Of a DNA stretch of 64,000 nucleotides, positions 12,524 through 25,600 are shown piece after piece. The stretch spans positions 44,144,001 through 44,208,000 of the forward strand of contig NW_027266286.1 of the NCBI RefSeq assembly GCF_022045235.1. Reading direction: 5' to 3'. The position numbers were made by a program, and so were the translations under genes. Positions within the stretch are counted from its first letter, which is position 1, and every line of letters starts with the position of its first letter. This DNA is from Haliotis cracherodii. Its lineage: Eukaryota. The notes under the pieces are model-generated. The model saw nothing but the letters and a program-made list of their open reading frames with translations. It was not told the origin of the DNA and made no database searches.

Positions 12524-14684
12524 TTACATCAGGCTTGCAGCCCACTCAGTGACCCCAATCATCACAAACCCCACGAAGGGTACCAGTGCCGGAAGTTGGC
12601 TGAACAGTGAGCGCCATGTTGATTTCTTTGTTTCGTGGGATGAAGGTGATTCTGGAGCCGGGTTGGCCATGGCTGCTTCTTCTCTCTCGGTAACTGAAGC
12701 AAATTTAAACTTATTACATGATCATGATTGTGATTTACCTTGTAAACAGACAAATCAAAATGCCAAACCATTCAGTTCACCGGACATCACTATAACATTT
12801 TATAAAAGTCATATAGTCACCTGGAAAATACATAGCATGCTCAACGAAATAATGGTGACTATTTCCAGCCTCGGTCTAGAAATCAGAGCAACCTCTAACT
12901 GCTTAATTGATATACATCATTAAATGTGAGTTAGCAGTATAGTATTGCTAATGTTGCCAACTAACGCCTTTAAGAAGCAGAAAGTTACTCACCTGCAAAA
13001 TACTTGTCTTCGACATTAGCATTTGCGATCCATTTGGTTGCTACATCCTGAGGCGCATTGCACGTGATCTGGCTGTAGTTGGCGATGTTCACTTTGGTCA
13101 TGTCGACGTTTCTGTACATGGGCACAGGGACACGGTGTTGGATGAGGGACTCGCAGTTCCATCCGGCGTACATCACCAGCCGCTCACAGTTGGTCTTCAG
13201 ATGACGGTTCCGGCGCTCCTCCCAGCGTCTGACGGCTCCAGTCTCTGCGTCCAGAACCACCCACTTCCAGAGGTAGTTGACAGAACAGTCCAGAACAGTG
13301 TGAGCAATCCAGCACCCGGACTTAGACGGGTTCTCTTTGGCGCGGATGGCGTTCTTTGGCTCCCAAGAACCGAGACAGGCCTCAGAACCCGCCACAGCCA
13401 ACACCTCTCCTGGCTGACACTGGTATCGAGTGCGAATGTCTGCTAGGCATATGCGGGAGATGAACTGAGAGTGTTTAAGACCCCACCGGACCTGCATAGT
13501 GCCGCCGAAGAAGTTCAGACTTGTCCTGCAACAGTTAAGTTCACATATACACCAGTCAGAAATTATTCAGTCGGAACCAATGTGTCCGTACAATCAGCTC
13601 TGTCTGAAGAAGCTGCGGCGATTGCACAACTAAACACTGGTTCTAGGTTCGGACCGATAAATGTTATTTATCATACGAGATAAAGTCATGTTTTTGAAAG
13701 ATCAAGTAAATTAAAGATAGTAACATTATTATCCTTTATGGACAAATTAAATATCCCCTTAATGTGTGAAGTAAATCAAATTTGTCTGTGTAAAATAAGG
13801 TAGCTGCAGGATTAACAGTAACAACAATTATCATACATTATATGGATTATCATGAGTAGGTAAAGTAATAAACAAAGGATAATTTTGTAACAAGATGGGC
13901 AGAGAACACAGATGAGGACCTGATTAAAATACTTAGCTGGGATGATTGGAAAACCTACTGCTAGGTAAATTTACAGTAGGCGGATGGGATGAAACAGCCT
14001 CGACCTCTTTATATGTGTACTTGGGCGTTTCACAATGTACTGATTTGATTTGATACTATATTAACTGATACTTGCCACGGGAACATATAGGGAAGGCTGC
14101 TCTTAAGACACTGGTCGCATTAGAGCCTTTGATGGAATAAAGTGACAACGTGCCATCAAACATGTGTGTATGTTTCCAACACCCTGTAGGCCCTAGTTAA
14201 GCTGACGTGTAAATGTATTTGTACACATCGTGGCTGATTTCGAAATAAAAGGGGGTAGGAAAGAAAAACGGACTTATTGTATCCATGGACTTGAGGAACG
14301 GAGTTGACACAGTATACCCAACTGATCGCATCACAAATGTCATGTATACTTGTGTGGAGAATGGTGCATGCTAATAACGAGGGTATGGAAAACTCACTGT
14401 CTGTTTCTAGCAGGATCCCAGTACAAAACCTGTGAATCATGCGTTGTCACCAGCCACGACCACGTGAACGTGGCCGATATGGGCAGGTAACTCGTCACCT
14501 TCCACACGTCCTGCTCTGTCTCCGACGGCCCGGCAGTCAGCATCTGAGGGATATTCCATGAGCCAAGTTCGGGGATCGAACCCAGAACTCCGAGTTTTAC
14601 CCGGCTATCCGCTCTCATCATGGCCTTCACACCAGGGGGCAGGCTGTAGACCTTAAACACGACCTGTACAGTCTGACCTGGCAT
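12524..14684 (-). CDS. Tandem CBM20 (starch/glycogen-binding) domain protein with C-terminal hydrophobic tail, 329 aa; STBD1-like
   Basis: Exons 14684-14398, 13525-12993 and 12693-12524 are GT-AG, with phases 2 and 1, totalling 990 nt. There are two CBM20-type signatures: LGVLGSIPELGSWN...VW...FTWSW...YWDPARNR and LAVAGSEACLGSWEP...CW...YLWKW...RWEERRNR. The C-terminus is LPALVPFVGFVMIGVTEWAASLM*. Confidence 0.85.
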
Positions 14685-14763
14685 CTCGGGGAAATATACA
14701 CTGACAAAATAGCGACAGTCAGTTGAATGCGACTGTGTATCTAGGCAGATAGACAACAATAAC

Positions 14764-14868
14764 GTCACGTGACACGCAGACCCAGCCTCATGGTGTGACG
14801 TCATCATAAAGATACTTTCCAACTGTGACGTCATTGTGATTATGACCTCGTCCCAGTCCAATATGACG
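14764..14868. promoter_or_regulatory. Proximal promoter motif cluster of the CBM20 gene: CLEAR/E-box palindrome plus two full CRE palindromes
   Basis: GTCACGTGAC at 14764-14773, TGACGTCA at 14796-14803 and 14826-14833, and a TGACG half site at 14864-14868. All lie 80-185 bp upstream of the ATG at 14684. Confidence 0.6.
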
Positions 14869-16046
14869 TAGTCTGATGAATGAGAAAGGTGTACCAGTGT
14901 TTTGTTTGTTGTTCAACGCAGTCTGTAAATAAGCGAATTTGGATTAGACAATCCAGTGACACACAGCATGAGCATCAATCTAAGCAATTGGTAACGATCA
15001 CATGCATCAACTAAGTCAGCTAGCCTGACCACCCGATCCCGTTAGCTGCCTCTTACGACAAGCATAGACATAGTCGATCAAATGTGGCTACATATTTTAG
15101 AGGCTTTTTCGTCAGCAAAACAGAAACTTCGACAACATTTAACACTTTCAACCAGTCTTTCATTTTTCCACCATGGGTTAAAAATTCATTAATATAACTC
15201 GGTTAAATTGCACAGTCAGAGGTTGGCCTAGTACCAAGCGACCGCAATTCTCGCGCAGGGTTGATTTTTCAAAACTATGCGTCTGAACATAAACTCGGCA
15301 ACCAGGATTCCAGCGGTAATGTAGTGCATCACAAGCGTTTTGTCAGATATCTCGCGAGACCCGGGTTGTATGCAACTCGCCGCCGTGTTGAATGGCGAGT
15401 TGTATACAACTTCAGTCCGTACAACTTATTGCATACAACAAATTGCATACAACTAGTTGCACCGTGTGAATGACCCTTTAGTCGCCCCTTAAGACAATGC
15501 ATGGGTTGCTGAAGACAGTTCTGACCCGGATCTGCGACCAGCCGAATATACCGATTTTCGTGCCAGCACATTTATTATTTCTTCGTTCCATTGTGATAAA
15601 TACTCTTCACCAAGCAACTATAGGGTTCCGACACAACCTATAAAAGAAACAGCGTCCAAGCAAATAACCCCGTTCTTTCACAGTTGAAACAAGCTGGAAT
15701 TACACCAGAATTCGACTCAATATGTTGTGTATCACCTCAAGTCCAACTTAGGACACCCTGTAGCACAAGGACAAACTTCCGTTGTCTTAATACTCAGAAT
15801 AAAACATTATTTCCGTTCAAAACGTTCAGAAGAGCCGTTCTGATTGATTGTTGATTTCAACCTCATGACCGAGCGACATTCTACGCAAAGTTGGTGAAAT
15901 GTTTGTCGATAAGATTTTAATCGGGTTTTTTATTTACAAAATATTTCATTGTAAGATATATGCGTTTAAAATATTACAATAATGACAACCAAAGGACAGT
16001 GTAGGAAATATTCCCTCTTGGCCTGCAGAAACTGCATGATGTAAGA

Positions 16047-16280
16047 GTGAGTGAGTTGATTGGTTAACGCCGATTCTAACAGTATTCCAGTTATATTGCG
16101 GCGTGTCAGCTTAATGTGGGAGGAAAGCCCGAAGTGATGCAGGTCTCAGACGTTTACCACTTCGGTGAAACCCACGTGCACGGGTATGGTGCTGACAGAC
16201 CTAGAAACATAATCGGGCCGTATCGGTATTCGAACCCAGAATCATAGGTTTCTGGCGCCTTAGACGACTGGGCCACCCGT
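16047..16280 (-). mobile_element. SINE family A copy
   Basis: Reverse complement of family A, with a deletion in the head. Confidence 0.88.
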
Positions 16281-18472
16281 AACTACTAGCATGATGATTG
16301 TAAGAAACGAGTAGAACCGTTAAAATAGTGTTTTTTCCTGATTATATTCTTATAATTAGTTCCGTTGCTGTTCTTTCAAACATAGGCAAGTCGAATCAAA
16401 GATCTTCACCAAGGCATCTGATTTGTTTCCTCTCAAAAACTGGTGCGATTGAAAAACACGATTATTCCAAATATTGAACATTCATTTCAACAACGAAAGA
16501 GCGAAAGTATAAATTCTCACTTTACTCCAAAGCTCACCACTTTTGGATGAGCGCGGTTTGATATCTAATTTAACATGTCATCAGAACAATTATGGTTGAC
16601 CGTAACTATAGAGAAATAACAGTCGTGCAAATATAAAAATATAAATATCAGTATCCCATTTTGTTTTGGTGTCAATGGACAGCAATATCTTATTAAACGG
16701 AAGCTAAACGAGAACCAACTGGCAGGTTCTTTGAGCTGAAGTCCACTTATTCGGATTATTTTCCTTTGTGTGATGATTATCAGTCTAGCGGTTAAGGATT
16801 ACCACAATCAGAGACACAATTCATTCATATGCGGCCGGAATAGGCTCTGTTTTCGCCTCCGATGTGCACGTACAATCAATATACCACTGTCCGTGTACTT
16901 ACGGATAAGTCCGGCGTTCGACAGGTGGGGTCCGCAAAAATATTGCAAATTTTAAGTTGATAATTTGTTCGTTTGTATTTTCTATACATGACTATACGGG
17001 CGGCGAAATTATCACAACAACTTTGGGTATTTTAGAGAATGAAAGAGTATATCATTTCTTCCCAGGTGTTTATATGACTTTATGGAATTGGGAGTGGGGT
17101 GAATTCCACACATGAGTTGAAATAACGTGATGAATGTGATGAAATGGGACTTAACTTTGCAGTTAATATAGTTTTACAATTTTGGTATTTAAAATAACGA
17201 ACTGCTAGACAGTATACGCACGTATCTGTTTAATTTGTGCTTTCATTAGATATTGAAAGCCTGCATAGCATGAATAGTCTCAACATAATAACAGTTACTA
17301 TTGTGTTGTGTATGTTCACTGTAATCTGTTGCACGTTTCGTAGATTTTGAATTACATTCTACAGTGATAAAACAAACATTTCTTGGTTCCAAATTCGACA
17401 TACTTGTGTCGGCTAGAATGCAGCTGAAATGTCACTTATATGAAAGAATCTCCTAGCTGCTATCTTTGATGATATCGGAAACAAAGATTGCTGTCAATGC
17501 TGACACATTAAACCCAGCAGGCATTACAACGTTGAAACAACGTTGAAACAACGTCACTCTTCAACGTTGAAACAACGTTGCAAATTGGTTTCATATGAAA
17601 ATTGAACTGACGTTGACACTTCAACGTTGTTTCAACGTCAGATGTCAACGTTGTTTTAACGTCAGATGTCAACGTTATTTCAACGTTGTTTCAACGTTGA
17701 TGTATCAGAGGACCCCTTGTGAACCTTGAAAAAGTGGGTTTTTTCAGTACAGTATCAGCTCAAGAAGTGGTGGCCTCCCTGATATTTGAGATCAGTGAAA
17801 TATTCTAGACGGTCATAATACACACCAAAAAACGAACCATTATGTTAATTAATTAGGGTGTTAACCAATTTCACTAACCTCAAAGAAGTGTGGAAAAAAA
17901 CTAATACTGTAAATCTGGAAATTGATGCGTCTCCAAATTAATACGACTGCTGACCCCTAACCAGAAATGCCACTCAATATCAATGCCAAGGTCACTGATT
18001 GGTATGAGATGGCCTCAGCAGTGATAACTCACCAGCTGCCCATTGTGTTATTCCCTTCCTTTGAATGGTTTGGGGTTCCAGCTTTATGATGGCCGTTTGT
18101 AAATAATCGAATCTGGAAAAGACAATCTAGTGATTGACAACATAAGCATCGATCCACGCAGTTCGGACCGATGACATGCATCAACTTAGTCAGCGAGCCT
18201 GACCACCCGATCCCGTTAGTCGCCTTTTACAAGCGCAGTCGCCTTTTATGACAAGCATGGGTTGCTGAAGACGTATTCTACCCCCGATCTTCACGTGCCT
18301 ATTCTTTGAATGACATTGTTAAATACTTATATCTGATGCAGATGATGAATGAACAACAAAGATACATTGTTTTTAAAAAATTGTATTCAAAGATAATTAA
18401 AAAAACAACTTAATTTCAAATATATACAACATAAGCTCTTCTTTTTTCTGGGTGGCAACGAGGTCCTAGTGC

Positions 18473-18791
18473 TTAGGCCTTCCATCTCCCCCCTGTTCTG
18501 CCAGGGGCATATTTACGAAATCGACTGATCATATCCTGAAGTTCCATTTCCATTGTCTTTGGAAAGGTCAGGAGGACTGAATCTGAAATAATATCAACAT
18601 GCAATTTAATACTATTATTAAGTTATTCAAAACTTGTGTGTATAACATTAAAACTAAAACGACAGATATTGTGTTATTATATATAAAAGAATCTTAATTA
18701 TGAATATCCCCTAAGCTTACTCACTGAATGAAATAGTATCACAGATACATTTCCTTTTAGATTTCATTTCATGTGTACACAGTATCCTCAG

Positions 18792-18848
<57 letters not shown>

Positions 18849-19778
18849 GTAGCAAACACAAAGATATGATTTTAGTTTGAACAAAAGGTGTTATGTATAC
18901 AGATCGCTTTATATATGAGTGCTGGTCTAATTTCTCTCATATCTCTATATACAAAATATAACTATAATTACTTTTTACATTTAATCAACACACACAAAGT
19001 AGTACATGAAACGCAGTCTTGGTTTTCTTCCCCTTCATGTTCATTTTGGACATGGGCGAGTTTGTCATCATTCTGAAAAATAACCAGTAACATATCTGAG
19101 GATGCAAATTCAAAGTATAGATCGATGTTCTTGATGTACATATATAATCATTGACCAACTGATTAATGATTTGTGTATGGATTAACACCACTTCCTTATT
19201 ATAAACATTCCACTTATCTTACAATGTAAAAGTAAATACCTTACCACATTTTCAAAACTCAAAAAACTTGATCCCCACCACTACTTGTACCAGTCTTTAT
19301 GGATCCATGGACCTGAGTTCTACCTACTGAGCTACTGTAACCTTTCACCAATTTCATTCTATTTTACCTTAGCATAGCCTTTTCCACGTGGTCATCGGCA
19401 TTCGCCCCACCAATCCTTCTTAAGTAATTTTCTGTAAAAAGAACATTTGAAATTTATATGTGGTATGAAAATCATTATATAAGTATATTAATTCAACCAA
19501 AACTTATGGCATGTTACTGTTTACTTTTGTTTCCAAGCAATTCATAACAAACAACATTCTAATCTTACAATGTAATAACAGTACCGTAACTTCAACTTGA
19601 CTTACCAAGCTGGCCTGATATTCGTCTTCTCTCAGTCTCCCCTCGAGAGTATCCAACTCATCCAGTGTATTGAGTTGCTCAATAGAGCTTACTGATACTG
19701 TGTCTGCCACTGAGTCTTGATTCTGTTTCATTAGGTTCCTAATTTCCATCAAAAGATAGAGAACCCTTCTCTGGAATC
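18473..19778 (-). pseudogene. Decayed DUF4806/BEN-like accessory gene inside the transposon
   Basis: Exons: 19778-19606 (FQRRVLYLLMEIRNL...LDELDTLEGRL), 19431-19368 (NYLRRIGG...VEKAMLR), 19072-18979 (MMTNSPMSKMNMKGKKTKTAF) and 18582-18473 (...ISRFRKYAPGRTGG). Joining them needs two 1-bp frameshifts. Confidence 0.7.
18798..18846. repeat. (TA)n microsatellite
   Basis: About 24 TA units. Confidence 0.95.
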
Positions 19779-22660
19779 CTGTGAAAAAGAAATAAATACA
19801 TAACAATAAAAGATAGTTTGTTGTAGACATAGAATGTAACAGGTATAGATTCCTTTAGTGTAACTCAGAAAGTAGCACAATATTTAAAGCAAATTGCACA
19901 GCAATAAATACCCTAATTATTATAAGTTAATCTGAGCGAGTATGTCTGTAGGCGCATGGTTTTAACATCAAAGTTGCCTTGACAACATTTCTGAAAAGGT
20001 ATAATTAAACAATCAAGCAACTTAATTAAAACAAAAACAAATCACATTTAAGGTGCTAACAGAACAAACTGGAAATGATAATACCTATTATATAATTATA
20101 TCTTTACTTCTGTTGGAGTGTAAATAATTTATCTTTTTTGCCAACAAACTGAAACACCATTTACAACAGTCGCTATTTCATGTCTTAAGACCTGCATGCC
20201 AATGAAATGAACAGCTGATGGTGGTAGACATGCATCCTAAATGATCTATAATTGACCTTGCAATTAATTGTCCTAAAGTCAACAATGAACATATATATAA
20301 ATAGAAATCTACTAATGCATTAATTTTGGACACTATTGCTAATATTTTAAAATATTCATCAAAATAATAATGTTCAAAACTATCGGAAGATATTTCTGTA
20401 TAATCTAGTAACATTAATTGCAACATAATTTGAGTCAAATACCGAATATCAAATAGTTTCCACACTGACAGCCAATCAACCAAATCTGACAACCCACCCA
20501 ATTTATTAAGACGGTAGACCTAAGTATTGGCACTGTTATAATTCATAATGTCTAATGGAACAGTTTCATAATTTCTTCTTGTAGAGATGGCAAGTTAAGT
20601 TGACGTTACATGTGCATTACACCCCGGACACCTATCCACCATGTTTGTTCGATGCTACTAACGAAGCGGCACGTGACAGCATCAATACTTGAAAAAAATA
20701 GGGCGATAAAGGTCAAAATAAGCAGAAATATTACCCCGCTTGCATTTCTATGGTTTAATATGATTTAACTTTGAAATTGAACATCAAAGCGATTCATGAA
20801 GTCGAAATTTGGACAACACAGAAAAAGTACTCAAAAATAGAAGGTAAATGATGGCGTGCACCGACCTCATTAGTGACATCCGTCGGAGTGACATTTCAAC
20901 AGACACGTTGTATTTTGTATATACATTGGTAATACTATTTAAACATTTACTTTAAATATTTACTTACGAAAGAAGTTAATTCAAGCCATTGTGTGTTGAG
21001 GCCCGCTGTTAATTTAGCAAGGCGAAATAAATGGCGTCTAACGAACTAAGAAACCGTCACTGAGGAATGAGCTCGTGCACAAATGGCGCGAAACCCATGC
21101 CATTTTAGCGAGGCCATTGGAAACCATTAGTAAGGAATGAGCTCGTGCACATACCTTACCGAAAAATGGTAGGTGTCCGGTATATTGCATTCAAAGCAAG
21201 GCATTTAACATTGAAAATCTACTTCATGCAACATACTGATTGAAGATTTACACTGAAATACCGTAACACAGAAATTCGATAATGGCGCGCGGCAACCTCG
21301 ATCAACATGGCTACACCCGCTCCGTGCATCAGGTCAACATTTCAACAACTAGGCCCATGTAGATCTGGTATTTTTCAGTAACTTAACTCAAACATATACG
21401 GATATAAAAACAATTAACTACACGTCAGTAAAAGTCAATTCATATATTCGCGCGTGCCGACTGAGCCATGTTGTAGCCCACTTACACAGCCTGCCCAGCC
21501 TATCAATGGACCGATTGGATGGGCTATTTATAATCTGTTCGTCAAAGGTGTGTGCGAAAATGCAACTTTACAGATCTACGTGTCATAACTAAATGACCAT
21601 TGAACTACAACTCATTTTCAACATAAGATTGGAAACAAACATGCAAAGAATGTCAAATGTTACATGAACTTACCTTCTCGATCGAGTATCCGCCAAGTTT
21701 TGAATTTTTGCGCAGTCGCAAATCCACTTCCTGTCCTCGCTGATGCTAAATATCCAAATATCATCAGCTGCAAGTACCGAGTTCAAGTCCACGCGTCAAG
21801 ATATTTATTTTTCAGGTTAAACCCTTTTCAACTTTATTTTTTCAACTTCTCCCTGAAGATAACACTGAAACACGTCGGGGGATCATCCGTGTTGTGTAAT
21901 TATTTTGTGAATTTCTTTACATATGTGCACGTATATATATATAAATATACATATATAATATAATATACCTGGCTTATTCAAATTTGAATAGGCAGCCTAA
22001 CTGCAGTGTTTAAACTGGTGAAACGGAGTGGAAAAGTATGGAGATTTGTCGATTTTCGAATAGGCGTACGTCAAATTGAAATGATGTACGTACGTCTTAA
22101 ATTCAACGTTGTTGTGACGTCAGTATCACAACCATGGCTCAACGTTTAAGATTTAACGTTGATACAACGTTGCGTTTTGGTTGATCAACGTCACAACCTA
22201 AACGCAACCAATTTTAAACGTTGATCCAACGTTGCGTGCCTGCTGGGAACGCTTCATGTCATATGTGTGTTTTCGTTGATGGGACAAAGGAAGAATAATT
22301 CTAACGCAAAGCATATAGCATTTGGCAAGACAGTTACTGTAGACAAGGTAGTGCTTAGCTTTGTATATTCAAAAACATATTGACGGGATGAAGAGCTAAT
22401 GTTTAAGGTTTTTTATCTTCTCGCCGAAGAATAAAATTTACAACATAAACAATGTAATTGGTGCAAGTGGTAGTAAAATCACCACGTGCAGTACAAAATG
22501 TGGCTTTAGTGAATCATCTTACAAAACCCATACAAAACAAAGACATCATGAAATATAAAGCATGCAATAGGGAGCCTACAGTGATTTTTGTCCTATGGAA
22601 TGCTTAAATTTGAGAATCATCTCCCGAATGAAATGCAGTTTTCGTTTTGCATAAACCAAA

Positions 22661-25600
22661 ATGGCTGCGCCCTTGACAAGGCATGTGCCGGGTTGTGTAC
22701 CAATGTTGCAACAGATTGGATTGTTATCCAGATTGTCAACAAGCACAAACCCAGATAATAACAAAAAGAAGGTATATCCATCTATCAGATAGTGAGCTGA
22801 CGCGTTGTCAATCGTATTTCATTATAGAAAATGAGACCTACGTGTAATATGTCTGTCCTAATTTCGATCACTTTAGATCTTCAAAATTGTATTTCTATAT
22901 TCTACTGGGAGTAGCTTGGAGACTTTGCCAGGGCCAGGGTCTTTAAATATGATTCTTAACTGATAAAGAACACCTACTTAAAGTTAGTATACACATCGTT
23001 ATAGGCCTGCACACGCAAATGAACGAAAGAAAACAAATTGGCGGCCTTAATCTTTGTTTGAAAAAGAAAAAAATACATGCCCCTTACATCGGTAGTTTGT
23101 ATCATGGGGAGATAACACTGCCTGCACTAGTCAGATAGTCATGAACAAGTGCATGTGCACAAATTGTTTCCGTTACTCTAAGAGGCCAGTGTTATGCAGC
23201 CTATCTGACATGATAAACAAGTTCACACAAGTGTGCATCATTAGTCAGAGCCCCGGGTGCATATTTGCATAAAATATGCAAATTAAATCACCATAATCCA
23301 ATTAATTTTGCGTTGTGTGCCCATAAATACACATCATAAAAAAATGATAACCAAATATAGAGTAGGCAACATGCACATGTACAACACTGAAATGCATTAT
23401 TATTTCCCAGTGTAGCATTTTCAGCTTGCGTAGGCCTACACATATATATTTAAAGATCTTTACTAACTGACTGAATGCAGGCCTCATAAAAATACATGCA
23501 GCGAATTATGCACAGCATAGAAGTAGAATTAATTTCAAACATGTCATTGATGTACAAAACCCAAGAGGGTAAAACTATATTGAATACCAAATAAAATAAG
23601 TATCAACATGATCAATACCCAATCTGAATGATAACATCGACATCATAACGTGAGTGAGTATGGTTTTACGCCGCTTTTAGCAATATCTCCACATGGGACA
23701 CCAGAAATGGGCTTCACACGTTGTACCCATGTCGGGTGTTTGGCATGACGAGCACTTTAACCATCAGGCTACCCAACCACCCTTCCCAGCTAGCACACCT
23801 ACATCGGGCCGACGTTGGCTTTACATCGGCAACCGCCGGCAATATCGGCATCGGCAAACTGCAGCGGTCCGCTGTCGGGCCAATGCTGTTGATTGGCACT
23901 GACATTGAACCTGATATATGATTTGATTTTGTTATGATAACATAAAAGAAATAACACATTTGTCGATTACAATGTGACAAACCTTAGATCAAATATAATT
24001 ACGAACAATACAATAATTCTATTCGAACTCAAAATATTAACTTTATTTTTAATTTTTAAATGAAATAGATCAAGCACATTCACTGACCATTTTTGGCTGC
24101 ACATATACAACAGAAAGAGAATATACAGACGGGATTCGTCACATCTTACAATTCATTCAGCAAAATACAAGATGTTGGCAAAAGTTTGGAATATCGCGAT
24201 CGGTTATGTTACGTTGGTCCAACGTTTTCACAACATGCTTCGAGAGAAGCTACTCTTGTAATAGAGGGCGCTGTTACTCACGCGCGTCTTTTCAAGCAGA
24301 CGACGAAAGGATGATGCGTGGAGGGCTGAGGGAAAACCTATTTTGCGGTAAGTGTTTACTTCATTTCTGTATTTACGAGGGGTTAATTTCATTTTCAAAC
24401 CTTACAATTTAAACAAGAAACAGTGTTCATTCAAAAGTGTCAACGTGAGTAGAGAAATCTAGGCCTGTGTGTTTTTGACGTTCGAGAAACACACTGTCAA
24501 TATTCTACGTCAATGACAAAATCCGTGGAATATGTCGTGACACTGCATCCTCACTAGATTCTCTATTTATATTTTTTAAACACCATATACATATTTCTAG
24601 CAAAACGCGGGGACAAGGGCAAATACAAAATATGACAAGATATGTTTTATTTCCATGTATATTCAGCGATGTTCAACCAACGAGTCGCAATCTCGGAATG
24701 AGAGTATTACAGCTGCAAGCAAATGAATAGCCAAACAATTACTTACATTAGTATTTTTGAGTGAACATTGCTTTATTTGTCATTGTCACAGGCGTATTTG
24801 TTAAGCGTGGGGATAGATGAGGTTAGGAAATTGATTACAAACTCGAATTTACAAATCAATGTTGTGATTGCTGTCAGCGCAAAAAGCATTGAACATGAAA
24901 TTCATAACGAGGCTTTCGGAAACTTTCAGCATTGCGATCCAGCTAATGTTCCTACTGATCGATGAACGGAGCTACACTGCCGAGTTCGGTTTTCGATCAC
25001 CCAAAAGTTGAAATAAAAAAAAGAGTAAAATTGATGTTTTTTAATGTCATAATTACTTGCGAATTTTGAACATTTTCTGGATAATGGGCGAAATGAAAGG
25101 ACAGATCTTTTTGTAAACGATCAATGCGTATTACAGGTGTGGGCAATTTTATCAAGATCTACTTTGATACCTCACATTGACCTAGACCTATATATCGATC
25201 AGAAATCTTATACCGATGCATGGTATCTGTATCGATTGATTAAGGTTTTGAGATATGGCTAATTCAGACTGGATTTTAGTGGGTGGTAGTCTTATCTACT
25301 TAAGTAATTTATGATGTACATTTGGGATGAAATACTGAATTATAAATTTAAAAAATGTACCATTTCAAAGGTATGATGCTAAATATATATTACAAGACAA
25401 TTTAGAATGTCATTTATTTAATCAAAATTCAAATTAATTGTAAAACTTTGATGAGGAAGAATAGATACTTCAATACAGATTTTTCAGGACATTATCCATT
25501 GTAGAAAAACACCCAGAGCCTTGTTTGAAATTTGATTTATTCTAACTAAAGATATATTGTTTCAGTTTATCATTATCCCTTTTCCTATGTTTACAAGCAA

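Larger units (their letters stand above)
17513..22247 (-). mobile_element. Non-autonomous CMC/EnSpm (CACTA)-like DNA transposon, 4.7 kb
   Basis: Perfect 11-bp TIR CCCAGCAGGCA/TGCCTGCTGGG and a 2-bp TSD AA. Subterminal arrays of the palindrome CAACGTTG lie at 17527-17700 and 22100-22235. It contains a decayed spliced gene but no visible transposase. Confidence 0.85.

Noticed and set aside
14685-14861. N-terminal extension of the CBM20 ORF in the ORF track
   Set aside because: It depends on a non-ATG start or upstream Mets that overlap the promoter-like motif cluster. The domain begins right after the ATG at 14684.
15226-15480. Harbinger-like terminus (TTGCACCGTGTGAATGACCC-TTA) splitting a SINE-D copy
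   Set aside because: Only one end is recognisable, so the boundaries cannot be supported.
24311-24347. ATG-containing exon as the WARS2 first exon
   Set aside because: It lies inside the transposon and ends in phase 1, whereas exon 2 needs phase 0. Exon 22661-22771 fits the phase and looks like a transit peptide.
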